Below, one piece after another: positions 31,261 to 41,767 of a stretch of 64,000 nt of DNA (positions within the stretch are counted from its first letter, which is position 1; each line of letters begins with the position of its first letter). Below the pieces are notes generated by a model. The model had not been told where the DNA came from. It made no database searches and saw only the letters and a list, made by a program, of their open reading frames with translations. Position numbers and translations under genes: made by a program. Origin of the DNA: Candidatus Poribacteria bacterium (GTDB lineage Bacteria; Poribacteria; WGA-4E; PCPOR2b); the NCBI GenBank assembly GCA_965218095.1, contig OZ244587.1:1408001-1472000 (forward strand), written 5' to 3'.

Positions 31261-31289
31261 ATTATACCTCAATGCAGATCTGAAAACAA
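31261..31289 (-). promoter_or_regulatory. Sigma70-type promoter for moaDE
   Basis: Minus strand TTGTTT-17 nt-TATAAT. Confidence 0.55.
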
Positions 31290-31361
31290 AACAAAACCTC
31301 TTTTCATCCCAAATTGATTGTGCTATACTGTTGAACATTATCGGGCAAGGAGGCAAACAAG

Positions 31362-32261
31362 ATGGAAAAGCGACAGTTAGGAAAAAACGGTGATTTCGTT
31401 TCCGTGATTGGTTTCGGGGCATGGCCCATTGGTGGGGCAATGGGGGCTGTCGATGAGGGATCTGCAATTTCGACGGTGCATGCGGCGCTTGACTACGGCA
31501 TCACGCTCATTGACACCGCACAAGCGTACCGCACTTCGGAGACAATCCTCGGCAAAGCGTTGAAGGGAGGTCGCCGGGAGCGAGTTTTTCTCGCCACAAA
31601 GGTCAGCGGGGAATACTCACGGACAGCCATCCGCAGTGCGATGGAGAATAGCCTGCGTGATTTACAAACAGACCATGTAGACCTCTATCAAATCCACGGA
31701 TGGAATCCGCAGTACTCCATCAACGAGAGCATGGAAACGATGGAAAGATTGCGTCAGGAAGGGAAAACACGCTGCATCGGCGTCTCGAACTTTAACGTCG
31801 ATCAGATGAAACTCGCCGCGCAAACTGCTTCTTTTCACTCGCTTCAACCGCGTTATAATCTGCTGGACCGCGAGATTGAGGTGGATATACTCCCCCACTG
31901 CGAAGCGGAAGGCATCGGCATCCTCCCGCATAGTCCGTTAGCCAAAGGATTACTTACCGGCAAATACACGCCAGACTACCAATTTCCGGCAGATGATGAA
32001 CGCTTAGGAATGCCCCGGTTTCAAGGTGAGGAATTTCGACGCAATCTAGCGAAGGCAGGAAAGTTGAAAGCCATCGCGCAACGATGGAATCTCACGCTGG
32101 TTCAATTGGCGATTGGCTGGCAATTACGACTGTCGGGAATCACCTGTGTCCTCGTCGGCGCGAAAAATCCTGAGCAGGTCACGGAGCATGTCGGTGGGCA
32201 AGGGTGGATGTTGACTGATGCGGAGTTGCAGGAGGTAGAAAACGTGCTGGCGGCAGCGTAA
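31362..32261 (+). CDS. Aldo/keto reductase
   Basis: IDTAQAY, LATK, DLYQIH, IGVSNF, SPLAKGLLTG. Confidence 0.93.
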   Translation: MEKRQLGKNGDFVSVIGFGAWPIGGAMGAVDEGSAISTVHAALDYGITLIDTAQAYRTSETILGKALKGGRRERVFLATKVSGEYSRTAIRSAMENSLRDLQTDHVDLYQIHGWNPQYSINESMETMERLRQEGKTRCIGVSNFNVDQMKLAAQTASFHSLQPRYNLLDREIEVDILPHCEAEGIGILPHSPLAKGLLTGKYTPDYQFPADDERLGMPRFQGEEFRRNLAKAGKLKAIAQRWNLTLVQLAIGWQLRLSGITCVLVGAKNPEQVTEHVGGQGWMLTDAELQEVENVLAAA

Positions 32262-32303
32262 GAAACAAAGACAAAGAGAAATAGGGTAGCAAGGAGTCAT
32301 CCC

Positions 32304-32547
32304 ATGACAAAGAAAGTCTTAATTCTATCCTTGGCGTTGCCGGTAGTTGTTATTGCTCTCGTGATTCTTCCATACGGACTATCTGTGTGGCGCCAAAGCA
32401 TCTCCGGGCAACAGCGACTCATGGAGATAGAAGTTGTCCCCAATGTGATTAAGATGGCGAATCGATATACCGGATTCAACGAACTTAAAAACGTGCGAAT
32501 CACGGCAGATCCGGTTAATAAAGAATGGGAACCTTTTTTGAGGAGAA
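32304..32547 (+). other. Possible remnant of a membrane-anchored protein
   Basis: AGGAG RBS and hydrophobic N-terminus (MTKKVLILSLALPVVVIALVILP); the ORF then runs out of frame into the next gene. Confidence 0.3.
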
Positions 32548-33504
32548 ATGATGGACATTTCAGACATCAAACAGATCGGTGTCGTTGGTGCAGGCACAAT
32601 GGGCGCGGGCATCGCAGAGGTCTTCGCGGAATTCGGCTACGACGTCATCTGGTACAACAAATCTAAGGAAGGGACGCAACGCGGGCTTAATCACATCCGA
32701 TTTAACCAGGCAACGCTCATCCAGAACGGCACCCTCACACAAACAGAGGCAGATGCTGCATGGGCGAAGATTCACACAACCCACGATCTGGGGACTCTCG
32801 CAGCAGTTGACGTGATCTCGGAATCCATTGCTGAGAATCTCGAAGTGAAAGCGGAGATCTTCAGAAAGCTCGATCAGATCTGTAGCTCAAAGGCAATCTT
32901 CACAACCAATACTTCGGGTTTAAGCATCTCGCAGATTGCAACGGTAGTTTCATATCCCGAGCGGTTTGCGGGGATGCATTACATCAATCCACCTCACATC
33001 GTTCCGGCTGTGGAAATCATCAAGGGCGACGAGACCTCGGATGCTGCCTGTGATCTTTTGATCGACCTAGCGAAGCAGATTGGGAAGCAACCCGTTCTTG
33101 TACAGAAAGATGTTCCTGGATTTGTCGCCAACCGTATTCAGTTTGCGGTGATTCGTGAGGCGTTACATCTTGTTGAAGAAGGCGTCGCATCACCTGCTGA
33201 CATTGACACGGTGATGAAGCATGGATTGGGGTTGCGTTGGGCATTGCTTGGTCCGCTAGAGATTGCAGATTTGGGTGGGCTTGATGTTTTCAACACAATT
33301 GGCGCCTATCTGTTGAAGGCATTAAGCGATGCAAAAGGTTCTCCGAAAGTATTGCGAGATTTGGTGGCGGAAGGAAAGCTGGGCGCAAAGAGTGGATCTG
33401 GCTTTTACGATTATTCATCAGGGAAGACACAGGGGCTCATTACCGATCGGGATAAAAAGTTGTTGCAGATACTACGGATTAAGTCTCGCGACACGGCAGC
33501 GTAG
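32548..33504 (+). CDS. 3-hydroxyacyl-CoA dehydrogenase family protein
   Basis: GAGTMG, ENLEVK, TNTS, GMH..NP, PGFVANR. Confidence 0.92.
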   Translation: MMDISDIKQIGVVGAGTMGAGIAEVFAEFGYDVIWYNKSKEGTQRGLNHIRFNQATLIQNGTLTQTEADAAWAKIHTTHDLGTLAAVDVISESIAENLEVKAEIFRKLDQICSSKAIFTTNTSGLSISQIATVVSYPERFAGMHYINPPHIVPAVEIIKGDETSDAACDLLIDLAKQIGKQPVLVQKDVPGFVANRIQFAVIREALHLVEEGVASPADIDTVMKHGLGLRWALLGPLEIADLGGLDVFNTIGAYLLKALSDAKGSPKVLRDLVAEGKLGAKSGSGFYDYSSGKTQGLITDRDKKLLQILRIKSRDTAA

Positions 33505-33568
33505 TATCCCCCAGCGGATCGCGGAGGGTAATCTGAAACCCGAAAGCGGCTGCCTATTTTTGGATCAG

Positions 33569-34447
33569 CTACCGGGGCGCGCCCTCAACCGTCGGATAAC
33601 GGAAAGCGTATTCCGTCGATAAGAGTCGGGTTGGCTCCACACGGGTACTGGCAGGCAACAATTCTTCCCCATCTCTCCGAAGGCAAGATGTACGGCAGAG
33701 GCGGGCAAGGGAAACAGTGTTGGACGTCTGAGGACTCGACCGAGGGTCCTTGTGAATTCACGATTGGTGACGGGTTGGGGAGCGACCGCATTGACCGGGC
33801 CGTTGAGCGAGTCGGTGGTGAGGACGTGGTGAATCGCGCCAATGACGTCATCCAATGCAATCCAACTCATGTATTGCCGACCGCTTCCTATCCGCCCACC
33901 GACACCTTTGCGGAACGGTGGGAGCACCTTCGCCAGCGCCCCGCCGGCTGTACTGAGCACAACCCCGATACGGAGATTCACCACGCGAATGCTGCCGTAA
34001 ATCACCGCCGCATCCACTGCCTTCTCCCATTCCCAGCAGACCTGAGCGAGAAAACCTCCTCCCCATGCCCGATCTTCGTTGAGGATGTCTTCGCCGCGAT
34101 TGCCATAGTAGCCGACGCACACTCTAAAACTCGGGGGGACTGCGTAAGCCCTGCGAGGGATTCACATAGCAGCCGAGTTCCCTTAACCCGGCTGTCGCGG
34201 ATGCGCGCCTTTCTCTCAGGCGTCCACTTGCCGGCGCCGATATTCTCTCCAGCGAGATGTACCACAGCGTCCAGTCCTTCGAGGCTTTCAGTATCTATCT
34301 CCCCTGCTTCCACATCCCAACGGACTGCTGTCTCTCCAGAAGTCGGTTTCGACCGGACAAGCCGGGTTATGTGGTGTCCATCGGCGGCAAGAGAGGACAC
34401 CAGGGCTGACCCAATAAGTCCGGTTGATCCAGTGCAAGAATATTCAT
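33569..34447 (-). pseudogene. TIGR01777/YfcH-like NAD-dependent epimerase pseudogene
   Basis: MNIL / TGSTGLIG, VVHLAGENI, GYYG, GSGRQYMSWI and GPVNAVAP lie in different frames (at least 3 frameshifts). Confidence 0.85.
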
Positions 34448-34462
34448 CAGTAAACTTCCTTG

Positions 34463-35320
34463 TTACAACGAAGCTTTCAATTGCCCGCGATCAATCCACT
34501 TGTATGCTGCCATTGCATTCTTCCAGAAGTACTTCTCGGCGGCGACCTCTCCTTTAGCATTGAAGTATTCTGTCACGATGCGTTGCACGGTTGCATAGTC
34601 TGCAAAGCGTTCGGATACGGGCCAATTGCTTCCGTAGACCAACCGATCCTCCCCGAATGCGTTCCACAGCACATCCACCGTCGGTGTGTAGTACACCACA
34701 TCGGTAGGGGCGGGGTTGTCCTGTGTGTTTTCCACCAATCCTGACACCTTCATGTAGACATTGGGATGCGCTGCGGCTTTTTGTATGCCCTTGACCCAGG
34801 CCGCATCCGGCACCTTGCCGTTGATGCGGACGTGAGCAACATGGTTGATGACGATACGCAACTCAGGAATACGTTCTGCTATCGACGCTACATCGGGCAG
34901 CCCTTCCATCCCCAACAGGAGATCTAACGCCAGGTCCTTCCCGGCCAACTTTTCAATCTGAGAGAAATCGCCATTTTTGATCGCTTGACTGATATTTCCC
35001 CTGAGTCGTATGCCACAAAAGAGTGGATTCGCGGCAAAGCGATTCAGACGCGCCTCGAAATCCTCCCATTCAATTTTCAGATGTCCGACGAAGCCTACGA
35101 TAAACGGTTCGCTTGCTGCGAGGTCGAGTATCCACTGGTTATCTTCAACCCATTCGCTTGCCTCAACGATGACGGTCCCAGTCACGCCTTCGGGGATGGC
35201 AAGCGCTTTGTGGTGTTCCGGGAGCACACATCGGTAGAGCAGTTCGTCGTCGGGGCTTGGCCAGGGTACGCCCTCGGGCCGATCCGGGGCGTAAAAATGT
35301 GTATGTGTATCGATAATCAT
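34463..35320 (-). CDS. Amidohydrolase_2 family (sugar-lactonase-like)
   Basis: IDTHTHF, VINH, MKVSG, YGSNWP. Confidence 0.88.
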   Translation of the reverse strand: MIIDTHTHFYAPDRPEGVPWPSPDDELLYRCVLPEHHKALAIPEGVTGTVIVEASEWVEDNQWILDLAASEPFIVGFVGHLKIEWEDFEARLNRFAANPLFCGIRLRGNISQAIKNGDFSQIEKLAGKDLALDLLLGMEGLPDVASIAERIPELRIVINHVAHVRINGKVPDAAWVKGIQKAAAHPNVYMKVSGLVENTQDNPAPTDVVYYTPTVDVLWNAFGEDRLVYGSNWPVSERFADYATVQRIVTEYFNAKGEVAAEKYFWKNAMAAYKWIDRGQLKASL

Positions 35321-35398
35321 TCTATGCCTCCGTTCATCGTAATATGTTTAGTGTGGGGTGATTCAGTGTTTCAACTCGTCTATATTGAACGTATCGCT

Positions 35399-35447
35399 GT
35401 AACCGTTAGGTGGTCTCCTTCTGTATTCTTCCTACCTGAGCGGTTAC
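35399..35447. repeat. Short inverted repeat with GTAACCG ends (IS66-like mini remnant)
   Basis: GTAACCGTTAGGT / ACCTGAGCGGTTAC; a related end sits at 37797-37808. Confidence 0.45.
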
Positions 35448-35493
35448 CTTTTCACTTCTGAATCCGCTTTGGAGAAGAACGAATTTCCGGCTT

Positions 35494-36435
35494 TCAAGCC
35501 TTCGGAAGCGCCTCAAGCACCTGTGCCGCGATGTTCAATCCCACCTGTTCGCTCCAGGCTTTAGTTAGGCGTTTCCACAGCGGGCCCGGCTCGCCATTCC
35601 CGATGGGCAGTCCGTTGACGCGCGTCGCGGGACAGATGCCGAATGGGGTGCTGGAAAGGAAAGCTTCGTCCGCGTTGATGACGTCGTAAACCTGCAGCTC
35701 TTGCTCTCGAAATGGCATCCCAAGCTGTTTGGCGAGTTCAATAACCACCTTTCGACTGACGCCGGGAAGAATATTGCGGAGCGTCGGCGAGTAAATCGCC
35801 CCTTCTTTGCAGATCAGGATGTTCGCGCCCGAGCACTCGGTGATGTTTCCCTCAAGGTCCAGAAGAAGTGAAGTGGCTTTGGGGTCCACCAAGTGGGTTT
35901 CGCGGTCTGCCAGGTGCCAATGCAGGCGGCTTCGATACTTAATCTTCGGGTCGAGACACTGCGGAGGAATATGCCGAATGCTTGGCGTGATCAGATGGTA
36001 GCCATCTCGCATCGGTTCAGTATAGTATGAAAAATCCAGCGGAAACGTGTGGATGCACACCGTCGGGCGGTTTTCGGCTTCAGTGAGTGGCCGTCCAGCA
36101 TAGAGGGGGACTTTCCCTGCCGTGACAAAGTGGATGAGACCCAGCTCTCCATCGGGAGCTACCCCCTGTCTGTTTTCCGCTGCAAGTCTCCTGGAAATCT
36201 GAGCCATCTCCAGCTTTTCCAGCCCTGGATCGATGCCTGTATAAGCTAACGACGCATAGAGCCGATCTAGATGATCGTCCAACCGGAACAGTTCCTGGCG
36301 GTAGGTCCGCGTCATTTCAGTGACAGTCGCGCCTATGACGATTCCCTTGTCGTAGATAGGAATAGCGGCTTGCGACACGGGGGGCCACTCTCCGTTAAGG
36401 TAAACACGCGGTTCGTTCATAATAATCCTTTGCAA
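35494..36435 (-). CDS. PLP-dependent class IV aminotransferase
   Basis: EMTRTY, FRLDDHLDRL, KIKYRSR, ECSGAN, LPGVSR. Confidence 0.9.
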   Translation of the reverse strand: MQRIIMNEPRVYLNGEWPPVSQAAIPIYDKGIVIGATVTEMTRTYRQELFRLDDHLDRLYASLAYTGIDPGLEKLEMAQISRRLAAENRQGVAPDGELGLIHFVTAGKVPLYAGRPLTEAENRPTVCIHTFPLDFSYYTEPMRDGYHLITPSIRHIPPQCLDPKIKYRSRLHWHLADRETHLVDPKATSLLLDLEGNITECSGANILICKEGAIYSPTLRNILPGVSRKVVIELAKQLGMPFREQELQVYDVINADEAFLSSTPFGICPATRVNGLPIGNGEPGPLWKRLTKAWSEQVGLNIAAQVLEALPKA

Positions 36436-36467
36436 GTTTTGCCTACAGATTGATTGGCAGGCAAAAT

Positions 36468-37613
36468 TTACCAGTTGGTGTAAGAACCATCTCGTCTATG
36501 TAGGTGAGGGGCTTCCCAGAACCGGAATTCCTGACTTGCCATTTCCTCGTTGAACTCCACACCCAGCCCCGGCTCTTGAGGCAGAGGGAAACTCGTCCCT
36601 TCAAGCTCATGCTGCACCGGGAACAGGTCCGCATTAAAAGCGAACTCTCGGGCGCGCACTTCCAGCCAAGCAAAATTCGGCACGGCTGCGCCAAAATGGA
36701 CGTGAGCCGCCGTGCTGATTGGCCCCAACGGGTTATGCGGCATCAGGTCAATGTAGTGTGCTTCACACCAGCCAGCCACTTTCATGGCTTCGGTCAAGCC
36801 ACCCACATTACAGACATCGATTCGGGCAAAATTGGTCAACCCACGTTCAATATACGGCATAAATGTCCATTTGTTTGAAAACTCCTCGCCAATTGCCAGA
36901 GGCACTGGGGTCATCTGTCGTAGCACGGCGTAGGCTTCGGGGCATTCATTGCGAATCGGCTCTTCCAGAAAATCGAGGGTGCCGGACGGCAGCCTCTGGC
37001 AGAAGGAAGCCGCTTCCGCCACACTCAGGCGGTGGTGATAATCAATTCCAAGCGCCGGGGCTAGCCCGACAGCTTCCCGAACCTTGTTCATCCATTCCGC
37101 TGTAAGGGCAATGGACGCACGTGGTTCAAACAGATTCTCATCGCCGCCTGTATCCGGATGCCCAGGCACAAACCGTATGACATCCCAGCCTTCCTCGACC
37201 AGGACTTTAGCATCCTCCACTACCTCCGGTCCGGCCAGGGAACCTGAAGTTACAAAACAAGGCACCGTCTCCCGATGCGCCCCACCCAGAAGTTGGTAGA
37301 CCGGCACGTCCAGTTTCCTGGCAACCAGGTCGTGTAGGGCAGTATCAATGGCGGAGATTGCCCCGGTAAGAATCCGTCCCCCTTCAAAGTACTGGCTGCG
37401 GTACATCTCCTGCCAAAGTGCCCCGATACGCATGGGCTCTTTGCCAATCAAAAATTCACGGAAATGCCGCACTGTTCCCTGCACCGCAAGTTCTCGTCCG
37501 GAAACTCCGGACTCACCCCAGCCGTAATATCCCTCATCGGTTTCAATCTTGAGGACGAAGAGATTTCTCAATCCTGCCCAGACCGGATAGGCCTTCACAT
37601 CTGTAATTCTCAT
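36468..37613 (-). CDS. Enolase-superfamily acid-sugar dehydratase (galactonate dehydratase-like)
   Basis: GWGE, SAID.ALHDL, D.H, EEP, GEE, PHNP.GP. Confidence 0.88.
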   Translation of the reverse strand: MRITDVKAYPVWAGLRNLFVLKIETDEGYYGWGESGVSGRELAVQGTVRHFREFLIGKEPMRIGALWQEMYRSQYFEGGRILTGAISAIDTALHDLVARKLDVPVYQLLGGAHRETVPCFVTSGSLAGPEVVEDAKVLVEEGWDVIRFVPGHPDTGGDENLFEPRASIALTAEWMNKVREAVGLAPALGIDYHHRLSVAEAASFCQRLPSGTLDFLEEPIRNECPEAYAVLRQMTPVPLAIGEEFSNKWTFMPYIERGLTNFARIDVCNVGGLTEAMKVAGWCEAHYIDLMPHNPLGPISTAAHVHFGAAVPNFAWLEVRAREFAFNADLFPVQHELEGTSFPLPQEPGLGVEFNEEMASQEFRFWEAPHLHRRDGSYTNW

Positions 37614-37808
37614 GTGCTTCTCCTTGTGTATACTATTCAGGTGGTAAAACGAAGAAGAATTGGAAATCAGCGCGATCTAACAGATGCTCGCATCCGATTT
37701 ATCAGGGTCACATTACAAGGGGGCAAATCACGCCCCGATAGATCGGGATTTCGCTTCGCTCAACTTGTAATGCAAACTGTCAGTTTGTGCGACTACCTGA
37801 ACGGTTAC

Positions 37809-37891
37809 GATAGAGTGTTTGCTACCTTCACGTAACAGATAAAACCGTTTCCCTCAAGATATTTGATGAGATCGCGCCGTTTGACTGACAT
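37809..37891 (-). pseudogene. Truncated HicA-family toxin
   Basis: MSVKRRDLIKYLEGNGF, frameshift, LLREGSKHSI, then cut at a GTAACCGTTCAG IS-like end. Confidence 0.7.
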
Positions 37892-38111
37892 TTCCTATCT
37901 CAACAGGTATCTGCTCAAGTAGTGCTCCCCCAATAGGGATGTCTTAATTCTGCTGATGATAAGCAATTATTATTTCATGTAGTGCATCTTGAAGCATTTC
38001 CCGGCACCCTTCTAATGTGTTCCCTTCCGTGATTACCTCTGGCCATTCTACTAATTGTCCCATATAGCCGGAATCTATTTTTGAATATTTTGCGGTATAG
38101 GTCATTAACAT
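37854..38111 (-). pseudogene. HicB-family antitoxin with internal TAA
   Basis: MLMTYTAKY...EWPEVITEGNTLE.CREML.DAL...QQN*DIPIGGALLEQIPVE. Confidence 0.75.
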
Positions 38112-38156
38112 ATTATCAAATCCTTCGTGTTGTAGATTGATGATGCGTCGATCCAA

Positions 38157-40805
38157 TCACCCAATCGACGCTATTTCCAGATGCTCCTTCCACTGCGTCT
38201 GTAATATCTCTTTCAATACTTGATGCATTGACTGACGCAGGCCTGGGTCCGCCTTAGCGAGCTGGTTTGCTTCAGATTTAGCAACCTCAAGCAGCAAGGC
38301 ATCTTTGATAATATTGGCGATTTTGAAGTCCGGAAGCCCCGCTTGCCGGGTCCCAAAGAATTCGCCAGGACCCCGAATTTCTAAATCTGCCTCTGCAAGC
38401 TCGAAGCCGTCATTGGTTCGCGTCATCACTTTGATTCGGCGTATCCCATCGTCGGTCGTTGGGTTGCCGATGAGATGGCAGGAAGATTTGTGTCTGCCGC
38501 GCCCCACACGTCCACGTAACTGATGCAGTTGCGACAGTCCAAACCGCTCGGCGTTTTCAATCACCATGATCGAGGCGTTCGGCACGTCGATTCCCACTTC
38601 AATCACTGTGGTTGAAACCAGAACATCAATTTCTCGATTTTTGAGGCGGGACATCACGTCCTGTTTTTCCACGGATCGCATCCGTCCGTGCAGCAATCCA
38701 ACCCGCAAGTGTGGAAATACATCGCTCTGAAAGTGGTCTGCCATCTCCGTTGCAGCTTTAATCTCTTCCAACTTCTCGGATTCTTCAACGAGTGGGTAGA
38801 CGATGTAAGCCTGTCGCCCACGTTGGATCTGTCCTTCAATCTGCGCGTACAGTTTGCCGCGATCTGCCTCTTTCACCCATTTGGTCGTGATCTTCCGCCG
38901 TCCCGGTGGGAGTTCATCAATCACGGACACATTCAGGTCGCCGTAAACCGTCAAGGCGAGTGTCCGCGGGATAGGAGTCGCTGTCATGACGAGGACATCT
39001 GGTGTGTTCCCTTTGTCTCTGAGGGTTGCCCGCTGCATTACGCCGAACCGGTGTTGTTCGTCAATAATCACCAGTCCAAGCTGGTGAAATTCTACCCCCT
39101 CTTGGATCAGGGCGTGTGTCCCAACAATGACATGCGCCGCCCCGTCGGCGATAGCAGCGAGCACCTCATTACGTTCCTTCTTGGGGAGATCGCTCTTGAG
39201 TAAGACAACGTTCAAGTTCAACGGGGCGACCAGTTCTGACAGATTATAGGTATGTTGCTCGGCGAGAATCTCTGTGGGAACCATCAGTGCCCCTTGATAC
39301 CCGCTTTGGATGGCACACAGCAATGCCATCGCCCCAACGATTGTCTTGCCGGATCCGACATCACCTTGGAGCAGTCGATTCATTGCCTGTACGCTCGCCA
39401 TGTCCGCCTTAATCTCCTCGAAGACCCGTTCTTGCGCATTTGTCAGTCGAAATGGCAGCGCGCTGATAAACCGATCTAGCAGTTCTCCCTCGACTTGAAA
39501 GGCGAGCCCTTTCTCCTCTGTTTTCCACCGCTGCTTTTTGAGTTCAAGTCCCAACTCTAGCAGGAAAAATTCATCAAACGCAAGCCGCCTCCGCGCCGCT
39601 TCAAGGTACGCTTCCGATCTTGGAAAGTGAATCTCACCTATCGCGGTGCGCCGATCTATCAACTGATGTTTCTGTCGGATGTCTAGCGGCAAGATTTCGG
39701 GGTACTGCTCGGCGTACTCATCGAGCACCACTTTGACCCACTGACGGAGCATCCGTTGGGTAAGCTTCGCTGTCAACGGATACTTGGGTACAATCCGACC
39801 TGTGTGGATGAGATCGGCGTCCTCCTCTTCAAGGATCTCGAATTCAAAGTCGGTCGTTTGAATCTCGTTGTTGTGACGGGTGAACTTCCCGCTCACGACA
39901 ACCTGGGCACCGATCTTCAGCAGGCTTTTGAGATAGCCGACACGACGCCCAAAGCTGACAAGCTGCGCAACGCCAGTTTCATCGTAGACCGCAATCTTGC
40001 CGACGGGTTTCGCCCCCCGGCGACGCGGCGTAAATTGGGTTTGATTGACAACCTTGCCCTGAATCGTTTCATACTCACCGCTACGTCCGACTTCATAAAT
40101 CGACCGAAAATGCCCGCGATCAAGGTAGTCACGCGGGTAGTATTCCAGCAAATCGCCAACTGTGTGGATATTGAGTTCTACCGTGAGCTTCACCGCGCGG
40201 CGTGGTCCAATTCCATTTGCATACTGAATCTGCGTCTCTAGAAACTTCAGCGACGCCGGGTTGGTTGAAGCGGGGATATCCTCGATTGGTACTTCTTGTT
40301 CGATTTCGGACTCTTGATTGCGGATTTCGGATGTGCCGGTTGGGGCAATTGTGTCACATTGTCTATCAAAACCATTAGGGCTGGGCTGATTCACTAATTC
40401 CTGACTTTCTCCGCCACTTCCTTCCGAGGGGGAAGAAACTTTCGCTGGTCCGCTGGACAGCGATTGAAACAAGGGCAGGTCGTTAACAGCCTCGCGCGGC
40501 ACAGATTTTTTAGTAGGTGGTGTTTTCAGGCTTTCCGGTGTCATCTCGTCGATCTGCTTCACAGCGGCTTGTACTACATTCAGCCGTTCCATCGGTGACA
40601 ACGCCTCATAATCTGTGAACAGATCTGCCAGCGTACTGAGCGACTGTTTTTCTGAGAGACTCAGCGTCAACCGTCGGGCGTTCTTAATCCAGAGTTGGAC
40701 ATAGACGCCTAAGCCGTTAATCACCACGCTGTCTCGGCAACCGCTCCGGATTTCCTGCTGAAACGGGCGTCGGATTGTCGTTAGAATTTCTGTGAGCTCA
40801 TTCAT
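38157..40805 (-). CDS. recG: ATP-dependent DNA helicase RecG with N-terminal extension
   Basis: YYPRDY, RLLQGDVGSGKT, DEQH, MTATPIPRT, QLRGRVGR, DLEIRGPGE. Confidence 0.96.
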   Translation of the reverse strand: MNELTEILTTIRRPFQQEIRSGCRDSVVINGLGVYVQLWIKNARRLTLSLSEKQSLSTLADLFTDYEALSPMERLNVVQAAVKQIDEMTPESLKTPPTKKSVPREAVNDLPLFQSLSSGPAKVSSPSEGSGGESQELVNQPSPNGFDRQCDTIAPTGTSEIRNQESEIEQEVPIEDIPASTNPASLKFLETQIQYANGIGPRRAVKLTVELNIHTVGDLLEYYPRDYLDRGHFRSIYEVGRSGEYETIQGKVVNQTQFTPRRRGAKPVGKIAVYDETGVAQLVSFGRRVGYLKSLLKIGAQVVVSGKFTRHNNEIQTTDFEFEILEEEDADLIHTGRIVPKYPLTAKLTQRMLRQWVKVVLDEYAEQYPEILPLDIRQKHQLIDRRTAIGEIHFPRSEAYLEAARRRLAFDEFFLLELGLELKKQRWKTEEKGLAFQVEGELLDRFISALPFRLTNAQERVFEEIKADMASVQAMNRLLQGDVGSGKTIVGAMALLCAIQSGYQGALMVPTEILAEQHTYNLSELVAPLNLNVVLLKSDLPKKERNEVLAAIADGAAHVIVGTHALIQEGVEFHQLGLVIIDEQHRFGVMQRATLRDKGNTPDVLVMTATPIPRTLALTVYGDLNVSVIDELPPGRRKITTKWVKEADRGKLYAQIEGQIQRGRQAYIVYPLVEESEKLEEIKAATEMADHFQSDVFPHLRVGLLHGRMRSVEKQDVMSRLKNREIDVLVSTTVIEVGIDVPNASIMVIENAERFGLSQLHQLRGRVGRGRHKSSCHLIGNPTTDDGIRRIKVMTRTNDGFELAEADLEIRGPGEFFGTRQAGLPDFKIANIIKDALLLEVAKSEANQLAKADPGLRQSMHQVLKEILQTQWKEHLEIASIG

Positions 40806-40869
40806 TGTTTCCCCACTAGCTTTCTTTCAAAGTTTGCGTGTTGTTGTCAGGCAATTGCATCACATATTA

Positions 40870-41718
40870 GGTTCTGTTGACATTTGAGTATAAGGTTGTG
40901 GCATAATAGAAGAATGACGCCAATAACCTTACCTGATGAACAATGGAATAAGATATACCGGTTTCTTCTTAGCTGTCCCACCATCTATGTTGGCGACGAA
41001 GCTGCTACACGCCGCTTCGTCGAAGCCGTCCTGTGGGTGACTCGTAGTGGCGCTCAATGGAGACTTCTACCAGACACCTATGGCAAATGGAACACCCGCT
41101 ACAAGCGGTTTGCTCGATGGTGCGACAAAGGTATCTTCACACAGATGCACCACCACTTCGCCTCTGACCCCGATATTAAGTCGCTTATTGTGGACAGTAC
41201 CATCTGCCGCGCTCACCCGTCTGCGGCGGGCACCTTAAAAAGCTGGCGCCTTAAAAAACCGGTGGCACTGAAAACCAAGCATTAGGTCGCTCTCGGGGCG
41301 GTTTCAGTACAAAAATTCACATCACCGTTGACGGACTAGGCAATCCCCTAAGAATTCATCTGACACCCGGTCAGAGACATGACATAACTGAGGCGGAAGG
41401 GTTGATAATCGGATATAACAGTGAATATGTGATTGGAGACTAAGGGGTACGATTCGGACGCTTTTATCGCGGTTATTGAGGCGAATGGAGCGATTGCGGT
41501 GATACCGCCAAAAAGTCATCGTGTTGACCAAAGAACGTATGACAAACACTTACTACAAAGAGAGACATCGGGTTGAATGTTTCATCAACAAGATAAAATG
41601 GTATCGTCGTATCTTCTCTCGGTTTGTCTCTCGGTTTGAGAAGCTAGCTGTCCGTTATTTTGGATTTCTCAGCTTTGTCGCCACTCTTATATGGCTCCCT
41701 TGAAATGTCAACAGAACC
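40870..41718 (+). mobile_element. IS5-family (IS427-like) element with degenerate transposase
   Basis: Perfect 16-bp TIR GGTTCTGTTGACATTT with TA on both sides; GAQWR.LP..YG.W, VDST..RAH and YKERHRVEC motifs split over frames. Confidence 0.9.
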
Positions 41719-41767
41719 TAGTGTCCTTCTTGTGTGCGCATCGCAAAAAGATAAAAGAGATTGCTAA

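Noticed and set aside
33631-34557. 308-aa plus-strand ORF
   Set aside because: Antisense shadow of the TIGR01777 pseudogene, with no motifs.
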